Source: Sulfurospirillaceae bacterium | GTDB lineage: Bacteria; Campylobacterota; Campylobacteria; Campylobacterales; Sulfurospirillaceae | DNA length: 43,293 bases | Direction: 5' to 3' | Assembly: GCA_033723415.1 (NCBI GenBank) | Contig: JAWVXD010000012.1 | Location: 1-43,293 of the forward strand | Part shown: piece after piece, positions 28,836 to 38,807 of the stretch | How the letters are laid out: each line of letters starts with the position of its first letter | How positions within the stretch are numbered: the stretch's first letter is position 1 | Translations under genes and position numbers: made by a program | The notes under the pieces: generated by a model | Seen by the model: only the letters and a program-made list of their open reading frames with translations | What the model was told of the DNA's origin: nothing | Database searches by the model: none

Positions 28836-28859
28836 TTTTAGTAATACTTTTAGTAATAC
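28836..28859 (+). repeat. Perfect 12-bp tandem direct repeat upstream of the RHH gene (candidate operator)
   Basis: TTTTAGTAATAC twice, at 28836-28847 and 28848-28859. Confidence 0.6.
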
Positions 28860-28885
28860 CAAAAATAATTAGAAATGGGGATATT

Positions 28886-29110
28886 GTGGCAAAACTGAAA
28901 TTTGGACAAGAAGCTATAAAAAATGTTATCAAGAAGAATGAAACTAAAAAAAGAGAAATAGCTCAACTCAGTATAAAAATAGATTCTAAACTTGATGCAG
29001 CACTACAAACACTATCTAAATCTTTGAAAATATCAAAAAACAAATTAATAGAAGACATCTTATTTGAAAGTGGCATTATAGAAGAAGTCGAGGAAAACTA
29101 TTATGAATAG
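28886..29110 (+). CDS. Ribbon-helix-helix (CopG/Arc-like) DNA-binding protein
   Basis: QLSIKI (alternating beta strand), DSKLDAALQTLSKSL (helix A), KISKNKLIEDIL (turn and helix B). GTG start; overlaps the next gene. Confidence 0.7.
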   Translation: MAKLKFGQEAIKNVIKKNETKKREIAQLSIKIDSKLDAALQTLSKSLKISKNKLIEDILFESGIIEEVEENYYE

Positions 29111-29759
29111 ATTTCCAAGCCAAGAAAGTATCGTAAATGCTGTTTTCAAAGGTATAGAAGAAGCCAGAAAGAACTTTTTATTTTGGACAAACGATAGATT
29201 GTATCTCTCACACGGACCTGAGAAGATTATCACTATCCATGTTGCACAAGCCATAGCAAAGATAAAAAGTTCACCTGAAATATATATTGATGCTACTGTT
29301 TCAGATATATTAAGATGTTCTCTATCAGATAGAAACGGTTTTGCTAAGTACATGAAAAGGAAAGGATTGCATGAGGGAAGTTTCAGTATTACGCTGGACA
29401 AAAGGCAAAAACATAAAAATGACAACGATTCTATATCTAAAGCCATCATCTCAATCAAAAAAGTCGTCAGAAACGTCAAAAACGAATATTCTTTTGAGAT
29501 AGAACGTATATGCAAGATGTTAGATACTTCTGCAGAAGATAACTCAACATTAGATTATGGGATATTTGCTTTTTATTCCGACCTATCCGCAACAGCTAGA
29601 AAAAAATTAGACGAGAGGATAACATTGGTTATACAAAGCTTTGACGAAATTGTAAAAAAATTTCCAAATTTAAAATCCAACTACAAAAGTACAGGAGTTG
29701 TAACAGAAGAAAATATTGGTGAATGGCTCATAGGAATGTATATTATAGAAAGAGCTTAG
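29103..29759 (+). CDS. Hypothetical protein, possibly an inactivated PD-(D/E)XK nuclease fold
   Basis: 218-aa ORF coupled to the RHH gene. The pattern PE.II...IA...GSFSITL...AIISIK...EIERI resembles E...GR.D...IIE.K...D..R with the acidic residues replaced by Ser. Confidence 0.75.
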   Translation: MNRFPSQESIVNAVFKGIEEARKNFLFWTNDRLYLSHGPEKIITIHVAQAIAKIKSSPEIYIDATVSDILRCSLSDRNGFAKYMKRKGLHEGSFSITLDKRQKHKNDNDSISKAIISIKKVVRNVKNEYSFEIERICKMLDTSAEDNSTLDYGIFAFYSDLSATARKKLDERITLVIQSFDEIVKKFPNLKSNYKSTGVVTEENIGEWLIGMYIIERA

Positions 29760-29831
29760 TAAAGATGATTTTGTCATTTTTACTAAACTTGTAATGTGTA
29801 TACATTTCAAGCAAAATTCAAAGGAGATTGA

Positions 29832-30959
29832 ATGAAAAGAGCATGGTTAAAATTAGCTGCCTCTGTGGTAGCTTGTACAGCACTAGTTGCATCAGCAAAT
29901 GCTGCTGATGTTATAAAGATAGGTGTTCAAGCACCTATTACCGGTAAATATGCCAACGAAGGACAAAGTATAGATAACGGTGTAAAGTTGATCGTTGACC
30001 AATACAATGCAAAAGGCGGAGTTTTGGGCAAGAAGATCGAAGTTATCAGCTGTGATGATGAGGGGATGGCTCAAAAAGCTGCAATTTGTGCAAGAAAACT
30101 AGTCAATGCCGGTGTATTAGCCGTTATAGGTTCATATACTTCAAGTGCTACTGAAGCGGCACAAACAACATACTATAGAAATAAAGTACTACAAACAAGT
30201 GACGGTACAAGTGATTCTTTGACAAAACACAAATACTGGACATTTTTTAGAAACTCATTTCCAAATAGTGCAGAAGCAGATTTTACGGCTAAATACTTAG
30301 TACAACACAAACACTATAAAAAAATCGTAGTCTTGTCTGATTATTCAAGCTATGCTACAGGACTTGCAGATGCAACTGCAAAATCAATCAAAGCAGTAAA
30401 TGGAAACATTGTTTACAGAGGAAAAATCAAATCTGGAACTCAAAACTTTACAGCTGTTTTAACAAAAATCAAATCTATGAATCCAGATGTAATCTACTTC
30501 AGTGGTTATTATAATGACGGTGGACTTTTAAGAGCACAACAAATACAACTTGGCATAAAAGCTGATTTTGTTGGCGGTGACTCAAATGACAATCCAGACT
30601 TTATTAAACTTGCAGGAGACAGCGCAAAAGGAACTTACTTGATCAATGTACCGACTCCTGATATTCTTCCATATGATATTGCAAAGAAATTCTTGAGTGA
30701 TTACAAAGCAAAATACGGAATAGCTCCGGCTTCTATATGGACACTACTAAATATAGACGGATTAAGAGCAATCCTTCATGCAGCGACTGAAACAAAAAGT
30801 ACTGACAGCAAAACAATCTCTAACTATCTTCATAATTTGAAAAACTTCCCTGGAATCACAGGACCTGTGACTTTCAGAAATGACGGTGAGAGAATCGGCG
30901 GTGGATATATGGCTTACGAAATCAAAGGTGACGGTAGTTACAAAATAGTATATAAATAG
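29832..30959 (+). CDS. Liv/HAAT-family ABC transporter substrate-binding protein
   Basis: Signal peptide; IKIG..APITG, N.KGGVLGKKIE...DD, GSYTSS, FPGITG.VTF. Confidence 0.93.
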   Translation: MKRAWLKLAASVVACTALVASANAADVIKIGVQAPITGKYANEGQSIDNGVKLIVDQYNAKGGVLGKKIEVISCDDEGMAQKAAICARKLVNAGVLAVIGSYTSSATEAAQTTYYRNKVLQTSDGTSDSLTKHKYWTFFRNSFPNSAEADFTAKYLVQHKHYKKIVVLSDYSSYATGLADATAKSIKAVNGNIVYRGKIKSGTQNFTAVLTKIKSMNPDVIYFSGYYNDGGLLRAQQIQLGIKADFVGGDSNDNPDFIKLAGDSAKGTYLINVPTPDILPYDIAKKFLSDYKAKYGIAPASIWTLLNIDGLRAILHAATETKSTDSKTISNYLHNLKNFPGITGPVTFRNDGERIGGGYMAYEIKGDGSYKIVYK

Positions 30960-30970
30960 AAAGAGAAACA

Positions 30971-31873
30971 ATGGATATATTTCTACAGCAACTTATCAAC
31001 GGTTTGACGGTAGGAAGTTTATATGCATTGGTTGCATTGGGTTACACGATGGTTTATGGAGTAATGAAGTTGATCAACTTCGCTCACGGGGACCTCGTGG
31101 CCCTCTCTGCCTTTGCCGGACTTACAATCTACACACAAATCTTTGGTGAAGGAAAAGCATCAATATTTCTTGTATTGAGTGTTTTTGTCATCACTGCATT
31201 ACTAATTGCAGTAGTCGGTGTTCTTCTTGAACGCCTCGCATACAGGCCTTTAAGAACTGCACCGAGACTTAGTGCGGTTGTTTCGGCATTGGGAGCAGGT
31301 TTAGTTATACAAAATTCAATTATGTTGATCTGGGGACCAAATATGAAAATATTTCCTTCAGATCTATTTCCATCAACAATATGGCAGATACACGGTGTCG
31401 TTTTCACGTTTACACAAGCGATGATCTTAGGAGTTTCTGCTGTTTTATTACTAGGTTTGTATTTTTTCATCAATAAAACAAAAATGGGAACCGCAATTCG
31501 TGCAACTGCAATAGACCAAGATGCAGCAAAGCTAATGGGTATAAATGTAAATAGAGTCATCATGATCATATTTATCATCGGCTCAGCACTGGGAGCGGTT
31601 GCCGGTTTATTTATAGGTATAAACTACAGAGGCATCACATTTGACATGGGTTGGATGTATGGTCTAAATGCTTTTATCGCTGCTATAATGGGGGGAATCG
31701 GAAATATCCCTGGAGCAATGCTTGGGGGTCTGTTACTTGGATTGTTTAACGCCATGATCAGTGGTTATATATCAAGTGCTTGGGCTGAGACATTTACCTT
31801 TATCTTGCTGGTTGTTATTTTAATATTTAGACCAACAGGAATTTTAGGCGAAGTAGTGGCGGAGAAAGTATGA
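30971..31873 (+). CDS. livH: Liv-type ABC transporter permease (LivH-like)
   Basis: QQLINGL..GS.YAL.ALGYTMVYG..KLINFAHG. Confidence 0.9.
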   Translation: MDIFLQQLINGLTVGSLYALVALGYTMVYGVMKLINFAHGDLVALSAFAGLTIYTQIFGEGKASIFLVLSVFVITALLIAVVGVLLERLAYRPLRTAPRLSAVVSALGAGLVIQNSIMLIWGPNMKIFPSDLFPSTIWQIHGVVFTFTQAMILGVSAVLLLGLYFFINKTKMGTAIRATAIDQDAAKLMGINVNRVIMIIFIIGSALGAVAGLFIGINYRGITFDMGWMYGLNAFIAAIMGGIGNIPGAMLGGLLLGLFNAMISGYISSAWAETFTFILLVVILIFRPTGILGEVVAEKV

Positions 31874-32829
31874 TGAAAAACATGAATAAAACAAATCTTA
31901 TAGCTATAGGATTTTTGATCATTATGGGATTTTTACCGCTTGTTGCTAATTCTGCTTGGCTTGCGGTAGGAACAACTTTCTTAGTTTTTGGTGTGGTCGC
32001 ATTTTCTCAAGATATAATACTAGGTCGAGCTGGAGCATTTCAAATGGGTCATGCTATGTTTTTTGGGCTTGGTGCATATACTACGGCAATATTAAATGTC
32101 CATTTTGGTTGGCCGATTTTGGCTACCTGGATACCGGCTGTCATTATTCCTGTCATCATAGCGATTTTACTTGCAGGTCCAATTATCCACTTAAGAGGTG
32201 ATTATCTTCTTGTTGCTACCATCGGATTTAATATCATCTTTATACAAGTATTGCAAAATGATGTTTTTGGATTAACAGGTGGACCAAATGGAATATTCGG
32301 TATAGATGTTGCAAGACTTTTTGGATTTGAATTTTCAAGTCAAATTGCGATGTATTATATGTCATTTATCCTCTTAGGTATTACATTATTCATCATGAGA
32401 AATCTTGATACTAGTAAATTTGGTCGTGCAATGTTTTATATAAACAAAGATGATGTCGCAGCACAAAGTATGGGCATAAATGTAAGATACTATAAACTGT
32501 ACGCTTTTGCTCTCGGTTCGGGCATCGCCGGAGCTGCAGGGAGTATGTTTGCAGTTCAATACTCAGCAGTTTCACCTGAAGCATTTAACGTTATCCAATC
32601 TATCATGTTCTTTACGATCGTCCTTGTTGGAGGTTCTGCCTCACTTCCTGGAGTTCTTATAGGAACATTTGTAATGTTTGTATTACCTGAAATTTTTAGA
32701 GAATTTCAAACTGCAAGATACTTAGTATTTGGAATAGCAATGGTCTTAACTATGATACTCCGACCAAGAGGTATCTGGCCGGTGCGCTTTGGAAATATTC
32801 CAAACTTCCTTAAAAAGGATGTCAAATGA
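31870..32829 (+). CDS. livM: Liv-type ABC transporter permease (LivM-like)
   Basis: GHA.FFGLGAY, LRGDYL..ATIGF, LTGGPNG, RPRGI. Confidence 0.9.
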   Translation: MMKNMNKTNLIAIGFLIIMGFLPLVANSAWLAVGTTFLVFGVVAFSQDIILGRAGAFQMGHAMFFGLGAYTTAILNVHFGWPILATWIPAVIIPVIIAILLAGPIIHLRGDYLLVATIGFNIIFIQVLQNDVFGLTGGPNGIFGIDVARLFGFEFSSQIAMYYMSFILLGITLFIMRNLDTSKFGRAMFYINKDDVAAQSMGINVRYYKLYAFALGSGIAGAAGSMFAVQYSAVSPEAFNVIQSIMFFTIVLVGGSASLPGVLIGTFVMFVLPEIFREFQTARYLVFGIAMVLTMILRPRGIWPVRFGNIPNFLKKDVK

Positions 32830-33605
32830 GTGATTACTTGCTAGAGATAAAAGACGTATCAAAACTTTTTAGTGGCCTTGTTGCTATAGATTCCCTCTCT
32901 ATGAAAGTCAAAGAGGGCCAAATATACGGGATCATAGGACCAAACGGTGCAGGGAAAACAACCCTGTTCAACTGTATCACAGGTATATATACACCTGAAC
33001 ATGGCGATATTTTGTTTGAAGGTAAAAGCATCAAAGGAATAGCTCCTTACAAAATAGCCGAACACGGAATTCTTCGAACTTTTCAGACAATCAGGTTGTT
33101 TTCTGAGATGAGTGTCGCTGAAAATATCATGTCTGGTCGACATATAAAATCAAATCAAAGATGGTATAACGGTATCATTCACACACCTGCTATGAAAAGA
33201 GATGAACACGAACAATGGGAAAAAGTCGGTGAATTGATGGACTTTTTCAAACTCAGTAAATATGCCACTACTCCGGCAGGCGATCTATCTTATGGAGTTC
33301 AACGAAAGATAGAGATGGCAAGAGCTCTGGCTGCAGAACCAAAACTTCTGATATTGGATGAACCTGCTGCAGGTTTAAATGACAATGAAACTATGGAACT
33401 TGCAGCAACAATCAGAGAAATACAGGCCAAAGGCGTGACCGTTTTGATGATCGAACATCATATGGAAATGGTTATGAGCTTATGTGAGTACATTACGGTC
33501 ATAAACTTCGGAGCAAAGATCAGTGAAGGAGTTCCAACTGTTGTACAAAATGACCCTGTAGTGGTTGAAGCATATGTCGGAAGCGATGATGAGGATGAGT
33601 CATGA
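32826..33605 (+). CDS. livG: Liv-type ABC transporter ATPase (LivG-like)
   Basis: GPNGAGKTT, RTFQ, LSYG.QR, LDEPAAG, EHHM. Confidence 0.92.
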   Translation: MSDYLLEIKDVSKLFSGLVAIDSLSMKVKEGQIYGIIGPNGAGKTTLFNCITGIYTPEHGDILFEGKSIKGIAPYKIAEHGILRTFQTIRLFSEMSVAENIMSGRHIKSNQRWYNGIIHTPAMKRDEHEQWEKVGELMDFFKLSKYATTPAGDLSYGVQRKIEMARALAAEPKLLILDEPAAGLNDNETMELAATIREIQAKGVTVLMIEHHMEMVMSLCEYITVINFGAKISEGVPTVVQNDPVVVEAYVGSDDEDES

Positions 33606-34324
33606 GTAAAAATGAACTATTATTAGAAATCAAAGATCTACATGTTAGTTATGGTGCTATCAAAGCGTTAAAAGGTATTGACCTGTATGTAAACAAAGGT
33701 GAAGTCGTTACGATCCTTGGTGCAAATGGTGCAGGGAAGACTACAACGCTTCGCACAATCAGTGGCTTATTAAAGTCAAATGAGGGACAGATAGTATTTG
33801 ATGGTAAGGATATAACAAAAACTAAAGCTCATGATATAGTTGCACTTGGTATGAGTCACTCACCTGAGGGGAGAAGAGTATTTGGAACACTAAGTGTTGA
33901 AGAAAATCTTTTGATGGGAGCATATACGCTCAAAAAATTCGACCCAAAAACATTGGATTGGATCTATAGTATTTTGCCGCGTTTAAAAGAGAGAAAAAAA
34001 CAACTAGCAGGGACATTGAGCGGTGGTGAGCAGCAAATGCTCGCAATCGGACGTGCTATTATGAGTAATCCAAAATTACTGATATTGGATGAGCCAAGCC
34101 TCGGACTTGCTCCTGTTTTGGTAAAAGTCATTTTTAAAGCAGTACGAGAGATAAGCAATGCCGGGGTAACTGTTCTTTTGGTAGAACAAAATGCCAAAGC
34201 AGCTCTAAAACTGGCAGATCGTGGATATGTGTTAGAGCTTGGTAAGATTTCGTATGAAGGAAGTAGTGAAGAGTTACTAAATTCAGAGACGATTCAAGAA
34301 GCATACTTAGGTAAGAAAAAATAG
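33602..34324 (+). CDS. livF: Liv-type ABC transporter ATPase (LivF-like)
   Basis: GANGAGKTT, PEGRRVF, LSGGEQQM, LDEPSLGLAP. Confidence 0.92.
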   Translation: MSKNELLLEIKDLHVSYGAIKALKGIDLYVNKGEVVTILGANGAGKTTTLRTISGLLKSNEGQIVFDGKDITKTKAHDIVALGMSHSPEGRRVFGTLSVEENLLMGAYTLKKFDPKTLDWIYSILPRLKERKKQLAGTLSGGEQQMLAIGRAIMSNPKLLILDEPSLGLAPVLVKVIFKAVREISNAGVTVLLVEQNAKAALKLADRGYVLELGKISYEGSSEELLNSETIQEAYLGKKK

Positions 34325-34343
34325 AGAAATATAGGGGAAGACT

Positions 34344-37300
34344 ATGTTGGAAAATAAGGCGGTTATAGAAAAAGCCATCAAATTGGCTGAAGTGTGGCAA
34401 ACAAGAGCTGATGAGTTAGTTAGTGATTTTGACAAAAAATTTCATATCAAGATGAACAAAATGCTTAGCCATCCAAAAGATAAAGTTATGCTCATTGAGC
34501 TCATGGATCAAAGTTTTAGAAGTAAGAACAATAAAAGAGTAGCAAACCAAATAGAATACCTTTTTACAAAATACGGTATGGCATCTTTTTTTACATCAGG
34601 TGAAAGATTTCTAATATTTTTATTTTTAAATTTAGGTGTTTATCTACCTGATATTTCGATACCTCTTTTTATAAACAATATCAGAGAAGATACAAAAACA
34701 GTAGTCATCAAAGGTGAAGACGACATACTCAATGCACATTTACAAAAAAGAAAGAGCGAAGGCACAAGAGTAAATATAAATCTTATAGGCGAAGTCGTAC
34801 TTGGAGAAGAAGAAGCAAAAGGAAGGATGGAAAAATATCTCAACCTTTTATCTAATCCAAATGTGGACTATATCTCTATAAAAATATCTACTCTATTTTC
34901 ACAGATAAACCCTGTTTCTTTTGAGCACACTGTTGAAGAATTGGTAAAACGTTTAAGCAAAATATTTGCTCAAGCGAAAAAATTCAGTTTCAAGAACAGT
35001 AAGGGAAAGATGGAAAATAAATTTATAAATCTTGATATGGAAGAATACAGGGATCTGTCTTTGACATATATGGCTTTTACTAAAACTTTGAGTCAACCTG
35101 AATTTAAAGATTTTAAGGCTGGCATCGTTCTTCAAGCGTATTTACCTGATTCACATCTTTGGCAGCAAAAACTGATAGAGTTTGCAAAAGAGAGAGTAGA
35201 AAACGGCGGAGCACCACTTAAAATGCGTTTGGTTAAAGGTGCAAATATGGAGATGGAAGAGACTGAAGCCTCGCTTCGCGGTTGGGAATGTACTCCATAT
35301 GACAAGAAAATAGATACTGACAGCAATTTCAAGATAATGGCTGAGTATGGTATGAGAAAAGAACATATCAAATACCTTCACCTAGGAACAGCATCTCACA
35401 ATCTATTTGAACAAGCGTATGCCTATGAACTTGCAAAAGAGTATGATTCATTAGAATATTATACGATGGAGATGCTGGAGGGGATGAGTGAGTCTGCAAG
35501 ACTTGCCATAAAAGAGATCAGCACAGATATCATCCTTTATGCTCCTGCTGCAAAAAAAGAACAATTTACGAATGCAATAGCGTATCTTGTAAGAAGATTA
35601 GATGAAAATACAGGAAAAGAAAACTTCATCAGATACTCTTTTGGGTTAAAAGTCGGATCAGCTGATTGGGAAATGCTCAAAAAAGCATTTGTAGATTCAT
35701 TTGCAAATACAAATAATCTATTTATCGGTTCAAAAAGAAAACAAAGCAGACTAAAAGAAAATTGGGATAATTTTAAAAATAGCAGTTATGAGACAAATAA
35801 ATTTGTCAACGAACCGGATACTGATTTTATTCTAAATGACAACAAACAGTGGGCAAAAGACATAAGAGAAAAATGGATGTTTTCAAAAGATACAAAACAT
35901 ACCGTTATACCTGTAGTTGTCGGTGGAGCAGAACTTACAAAAGATAGAAACACTCAAATAGCTATAGATAAATCACAGTTGAAAGACAATGTAGTAGCCG
36001 GTGAATTTGCACTAGCAGACGCTGATGACTTAAAAGAAGCAGTAAAAGTCGCAAAAGCTGATGTTGACGGCTGGAGAGCTTTGAGTCATGAGCAAAGACA
36101 TAAAATTCTCTGTGATGTCGCAAATATAGTCAGGAAGAGAAGAGGAGACCTTATCGGAGTTGCCGCAGCAGAAGTCGGCAAGGTTTTTACTGAAACAGAT
36201 GTTGAAGTAAGTGAAGCAATAGACTTTTTAGAATTTTACCCTCATTCAAGCAGATTTTTTGAAGCTTATGAAAATTTAAAATTCAAAGGAAAAGGTGTCG
36301 GTGTTGTAACACCACCTTGGAATTTTCCTATAGCTATACCGCTAGGAGGAGTCGCTGCAACTTTAGCTGCAGGAAACTGTGCTATCATAAAACCGGCAAG
36401 CGCCGCAGCTATGTGTGCTTATGAGCTTTGTAAATGTTTCTGGGATGCCGGTGTGAGTAAAAATACTCTCCAATACGTTCCATGTCCGGGCTCACTTGCA
36501 GGTGAGCATCTGATCAAAAATAAAGATGTAGATTTTGTCATACTTACAGGTGGTGAAGACACCGCTTATAAGATGCTTGAATCTAGACCTAACCTTTTCT
36601 TGGCAGCAGAAACCGGTGGAAAAGATGCCACTATAGTCACCGCTATGAGTGACCGTGAACAAGCTATAAAAAATGTAGTTCATTCAGCATTTTCAAATAG
36701 CGGTCAAAAATGTTCTGCAACATCACTTTTGGTATTGGAAGAAGAAGTTTACAATGACGAAGGCTTCAAAGCTGCTTTGGTAGACGCAGCAAAAAGTATG
36801 GAAACAGGGTCTGTTTGGAACTTTGTAAACAGGATCGGAACTTTGGCAAATAAAGCAAGCGGCAATCTTGAGAAAGCATTGAACTCCTTACAAGAAGGTG
36901 AATCATGGGCACTAAAACCTGAGTTTGTAGACGGCAATGAATATATGCTAAAACCGGCTATTCGCTGGGGTGTAAAAGATGGAAACTTCTGTCACATGAA
37001 TGAGCTTTTCGGACCTGTTTTATCTGTAATGAAAGCGAAAAATCTAGCAGATGCAGTCCATATAGTAAACAAAACAGGTTATGGATTGACTTCCGGAATA
37101 GAATCACTTGATGCAAGAGAGGTTGAATACTGGAGAGAGAACATAAAAGCCGGTAACCTTTACATCAACAGAGGAACAACCGGAGCTATAGTTCTCAGAC
37201 AACCTTTTGGCGGTATGGGTAAATCAGCGATAGGAGCAGGAAGAAAAGTCGGAATATACAACTATATAACTCAGTTTGTTGATTTTGAAGAGACCGGACT

Positions 37301-37940
37301 TCCAAAAACTCCAAAGAAAATAGATCATCCGTTAAGTAAAAAAATAGATGAGTGGATCAGTAATTCAAAAAAAGGTCTTTACTCTAACTTTTCAAATGAT
37401 TTCGATAAGTTAAAAGCTTCTCTTGAAAGCTACCTATATAACTATGAAACCGAATTTGGAATAGAAAAAGATTACTTTAAATTAAGAGGAGAAGATAATA
37501 TATTTAGATATCTTCCACTTGATCGAGTTGCTCTAAGAGTTGAAAAAGATGATAGTATCTTCGATACAGTTTCAAGAATCATAGCTGCACACATATGTGG
37601 AGTAAAACTTCACATCAGTGTTGATTTTGCAGAAAGTGAATCAGTAGCATTCTTGTTTGAAAATAGGGACAGTTTACTACACAAAAGTGACTTTATCGCA
37701 AGAGAAAGTGAGAAAGATTTTGTGAAATGTTTTAGCAAAGTCGATAGGATCATCTACTCGGATATCGCAAAAGTCAGTGATTTTGTATTTGCTCAAGCAG
37801 CAAAAACTGCAAAATTCATAGTAAGACAAAAACCGATGGCTGAGGGAAGATTGGAACTTCTAAACTATCTTCAAGAACAAAGTATATCTCACAGTTATCA
37901 TAGATATGGAAATCTAGGTGCCAGAGGTATAGATAAATAA
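34344..37940 (+). CDS. putA: Bifunctional proline dehydrogenase / L-glutamate gamma-semialdehyde dehydrogenase, without N-terminal RHH
   Basis: PRODH motifs LDMEE, RLVKGAN, ASHN, YLVRRLDEN; ALDH motifs PWNFP, AETGGK, GQKCSA, ELFGP, QPFGG. Confidence 0.95.
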   Translation: MLENKAVIEKAIKLAEVWQTRADELVSDFDKKFHIKMNKMLSHPKDKVMLIELMDQSFRSKNNKRVANQIEYLFTKYGMASFFTSGERFLIFLFLNLGVYLPDISIPLFINNIREDTKTVVIKGEDDILNAHLQKRKSEGTRVNINLIGEVVLGEEEAKGRMEKYLNLLSNPNVDYISIKISTLFSQINPVSFEHTVEELVKRLSKIFAQAKKFSFKNSKGKMENKFINLDMEEYRDLSLTYMAFTKTLSQPEFKDFKAGIVLQAYLPDSHLWQQKLIEFAKERVENGGAPLKMRLVKGANMEMEETEASLRGWECTPYDKKIDTDSNFKIMAEYGMRKEHIKYLHLGTASHNLFEQAYAYELAKEYDSLEYYTMEMLEGMSESARLAIKEISTDIILYAPAAKKEQFTNAIAYLVRRLDENTGKENFIRYSFGLKVGSADWEMLKKAFVDSFANTNNLFIGSKRKQSRLKENWDNFKNSSYETNKFVNEPDTDFILNDNKQWAKDIREKWMFSKDTKHTVIPVVVGGAELTKDRNTQIAIDKSQLKDNVVAGEFALADADDLKEAVKVAKADVDGWRALSHEQRHKILCDVANIVRKRRGDLIGVAAAEVGKVFTETDVEVSEAIDFLEFYPHSSRFFEAYENLKFKGKGVGVVTPPWNFPIAIPLGGVAATLAAGNCAIIKPASAAAMCAYELCKCFWDAGVSKNTLQYVPCPGSLAGEHLIKNKDVDFVILTGGEDTAYKMLESRPNLFLAAETGGKDATIVTAMSDREQAIKNVVHSAFSNSGQKCSATSLLVLEEEVYNDEGFKAALVDAAKSMETGSVWNFVNRIGTLANKASGNLEKALNSLQEGESWALKPEFVDGNEYMLKPAIRWGVKDGNFCHMNELFGPVLSVMKAKNLADAVHIVNKTGYGLTSGIESLDAREVEYWRENIKAGNLYINRGTTGAIVLRQPFGGMGKSAIGAGRKVGIYNYITQFVDFEETGLPKTPKKIDHPLSKKIDEWISNSKKGLYSNFSNDFDKLKASLESYLYNYETEFGIEKDYFKLRGEDNIFRYLPLDRVALRVEKDDSIFDTVSRIIAAHICGVKLHISVDFAESESVAFLFENRDSLLHKSDFIARESEKDFVKCFSKVDRIIYSDIAKVSDFVFAQAAKTAKFIVRQKPMAEGRLELLNYLQEQSISHSYHRYGNLGARGIDK

Positions 37941-37949
37941 TAAACTTCA

Positions 37950-37974
37950 GGGTCAAGGGGTTAATCCTTGACCC
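37950..37974 (+). terminator. GC-rich hairpin after putA (terminator or REP-like)
   Basis: GGGTCAAGG-N7-CCTTGACCC followed by ATTTCTT. Confidence 0.55.
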
Positions 37975-38037
37975 ATTTCTTCATACTCTCTTATAATATT
38001 TTGGATATAATTTATAAAAAATACAGGGAGAACAGAT

Positions 38038-38790
38038 ATGTCAAAAACTATTTTTATAACCGGAGCAACTTCTGGATTCGGTAAAGAATGTGCGAAACTA
38101 TTTGCCAGAAACGGACACAAAGTGATCGCAACCGGTAGACGTATTGAAAAATTGGAAGAGTTAAAAAAAGAACTAAAAGATTTTGATGTATATACAGTCA
38201 GCTTCGATGTAAGCGACAAAAATGCTGTCTTTAAAGCGGTTGCAGAACTTCCATCAAAATATAAAAATGTTGATGTCCTGATAAACAGTGCAGGACTGGC
38301 TCTTGGACTAGGACTTGCAAATGATGCACTTTTGGATGATTGGGATATCATGGTAGATACAAATATTAAAGGTGTTTTATACGCAACTAAAGCAATCTTG
38401 CCAACCATGGTTAAGAGAAAAACTGGTTATATCTTTAATCTTGGTTCAACTGCAGGAAATTGGCCTTATGAGGGAGGAAATGTTTACGGTGCAACAAAAG
38501 CATTTGTGAAACAATTTTCAAGAAATCTCAGAACTGATCTAAAAGGCACGAACATCAGAGTCTCAAACATTGAGCCTGGTGCCGCTAAAACAGAATTTTC
38601 AGATGTACGGTTCAAAGGAGACAAAGAGCAAGCCTCTAAAGTTTATGAAGGAATGCAACCTTTAGTAGCAGAAGATATAGCAAATCTTATCTATACCCTC
38701 TCTCTACTTCCGGAACATGTCAATGTCAACTCTCTCGAAGTGATGCCTACATCTCAAACCTGGGGCGGCCTCCAAGTAACAAGAGATTAA
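38038..38790 (+). CDS. Short-chain dehydrogenase/reductase (YdfG-like)
   Basis: TGATSGFG, NSAGLALG, YGATK, LP.HVN.N.LE.MP. Confidence 0.9.
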   Translation: MSKTIFITGATSGFGKECAKLFARNGHKVIATGRRIEKLEELKKELKDFDVYTVSFDVSDKNAVFKAVAELPSKYKNVDVLINSAGLALGLGLANDALLDDWDIMVDTNIKGVLYATKAILPTMVKRKTGYIFNLGSTAGNWPYEGGNVYGATKAFVKQFSRNLRTDLKGTNIRVSNIEPGAAKTEFSDVRFKGDKEQASKVYEGMQPLVAEDIANLIYTLSLLPEHVNVNSLEVMPTSQTWGGLQVTRD

Positions 38791-38807
38791 CACATAGATT
38801 TCAAATC

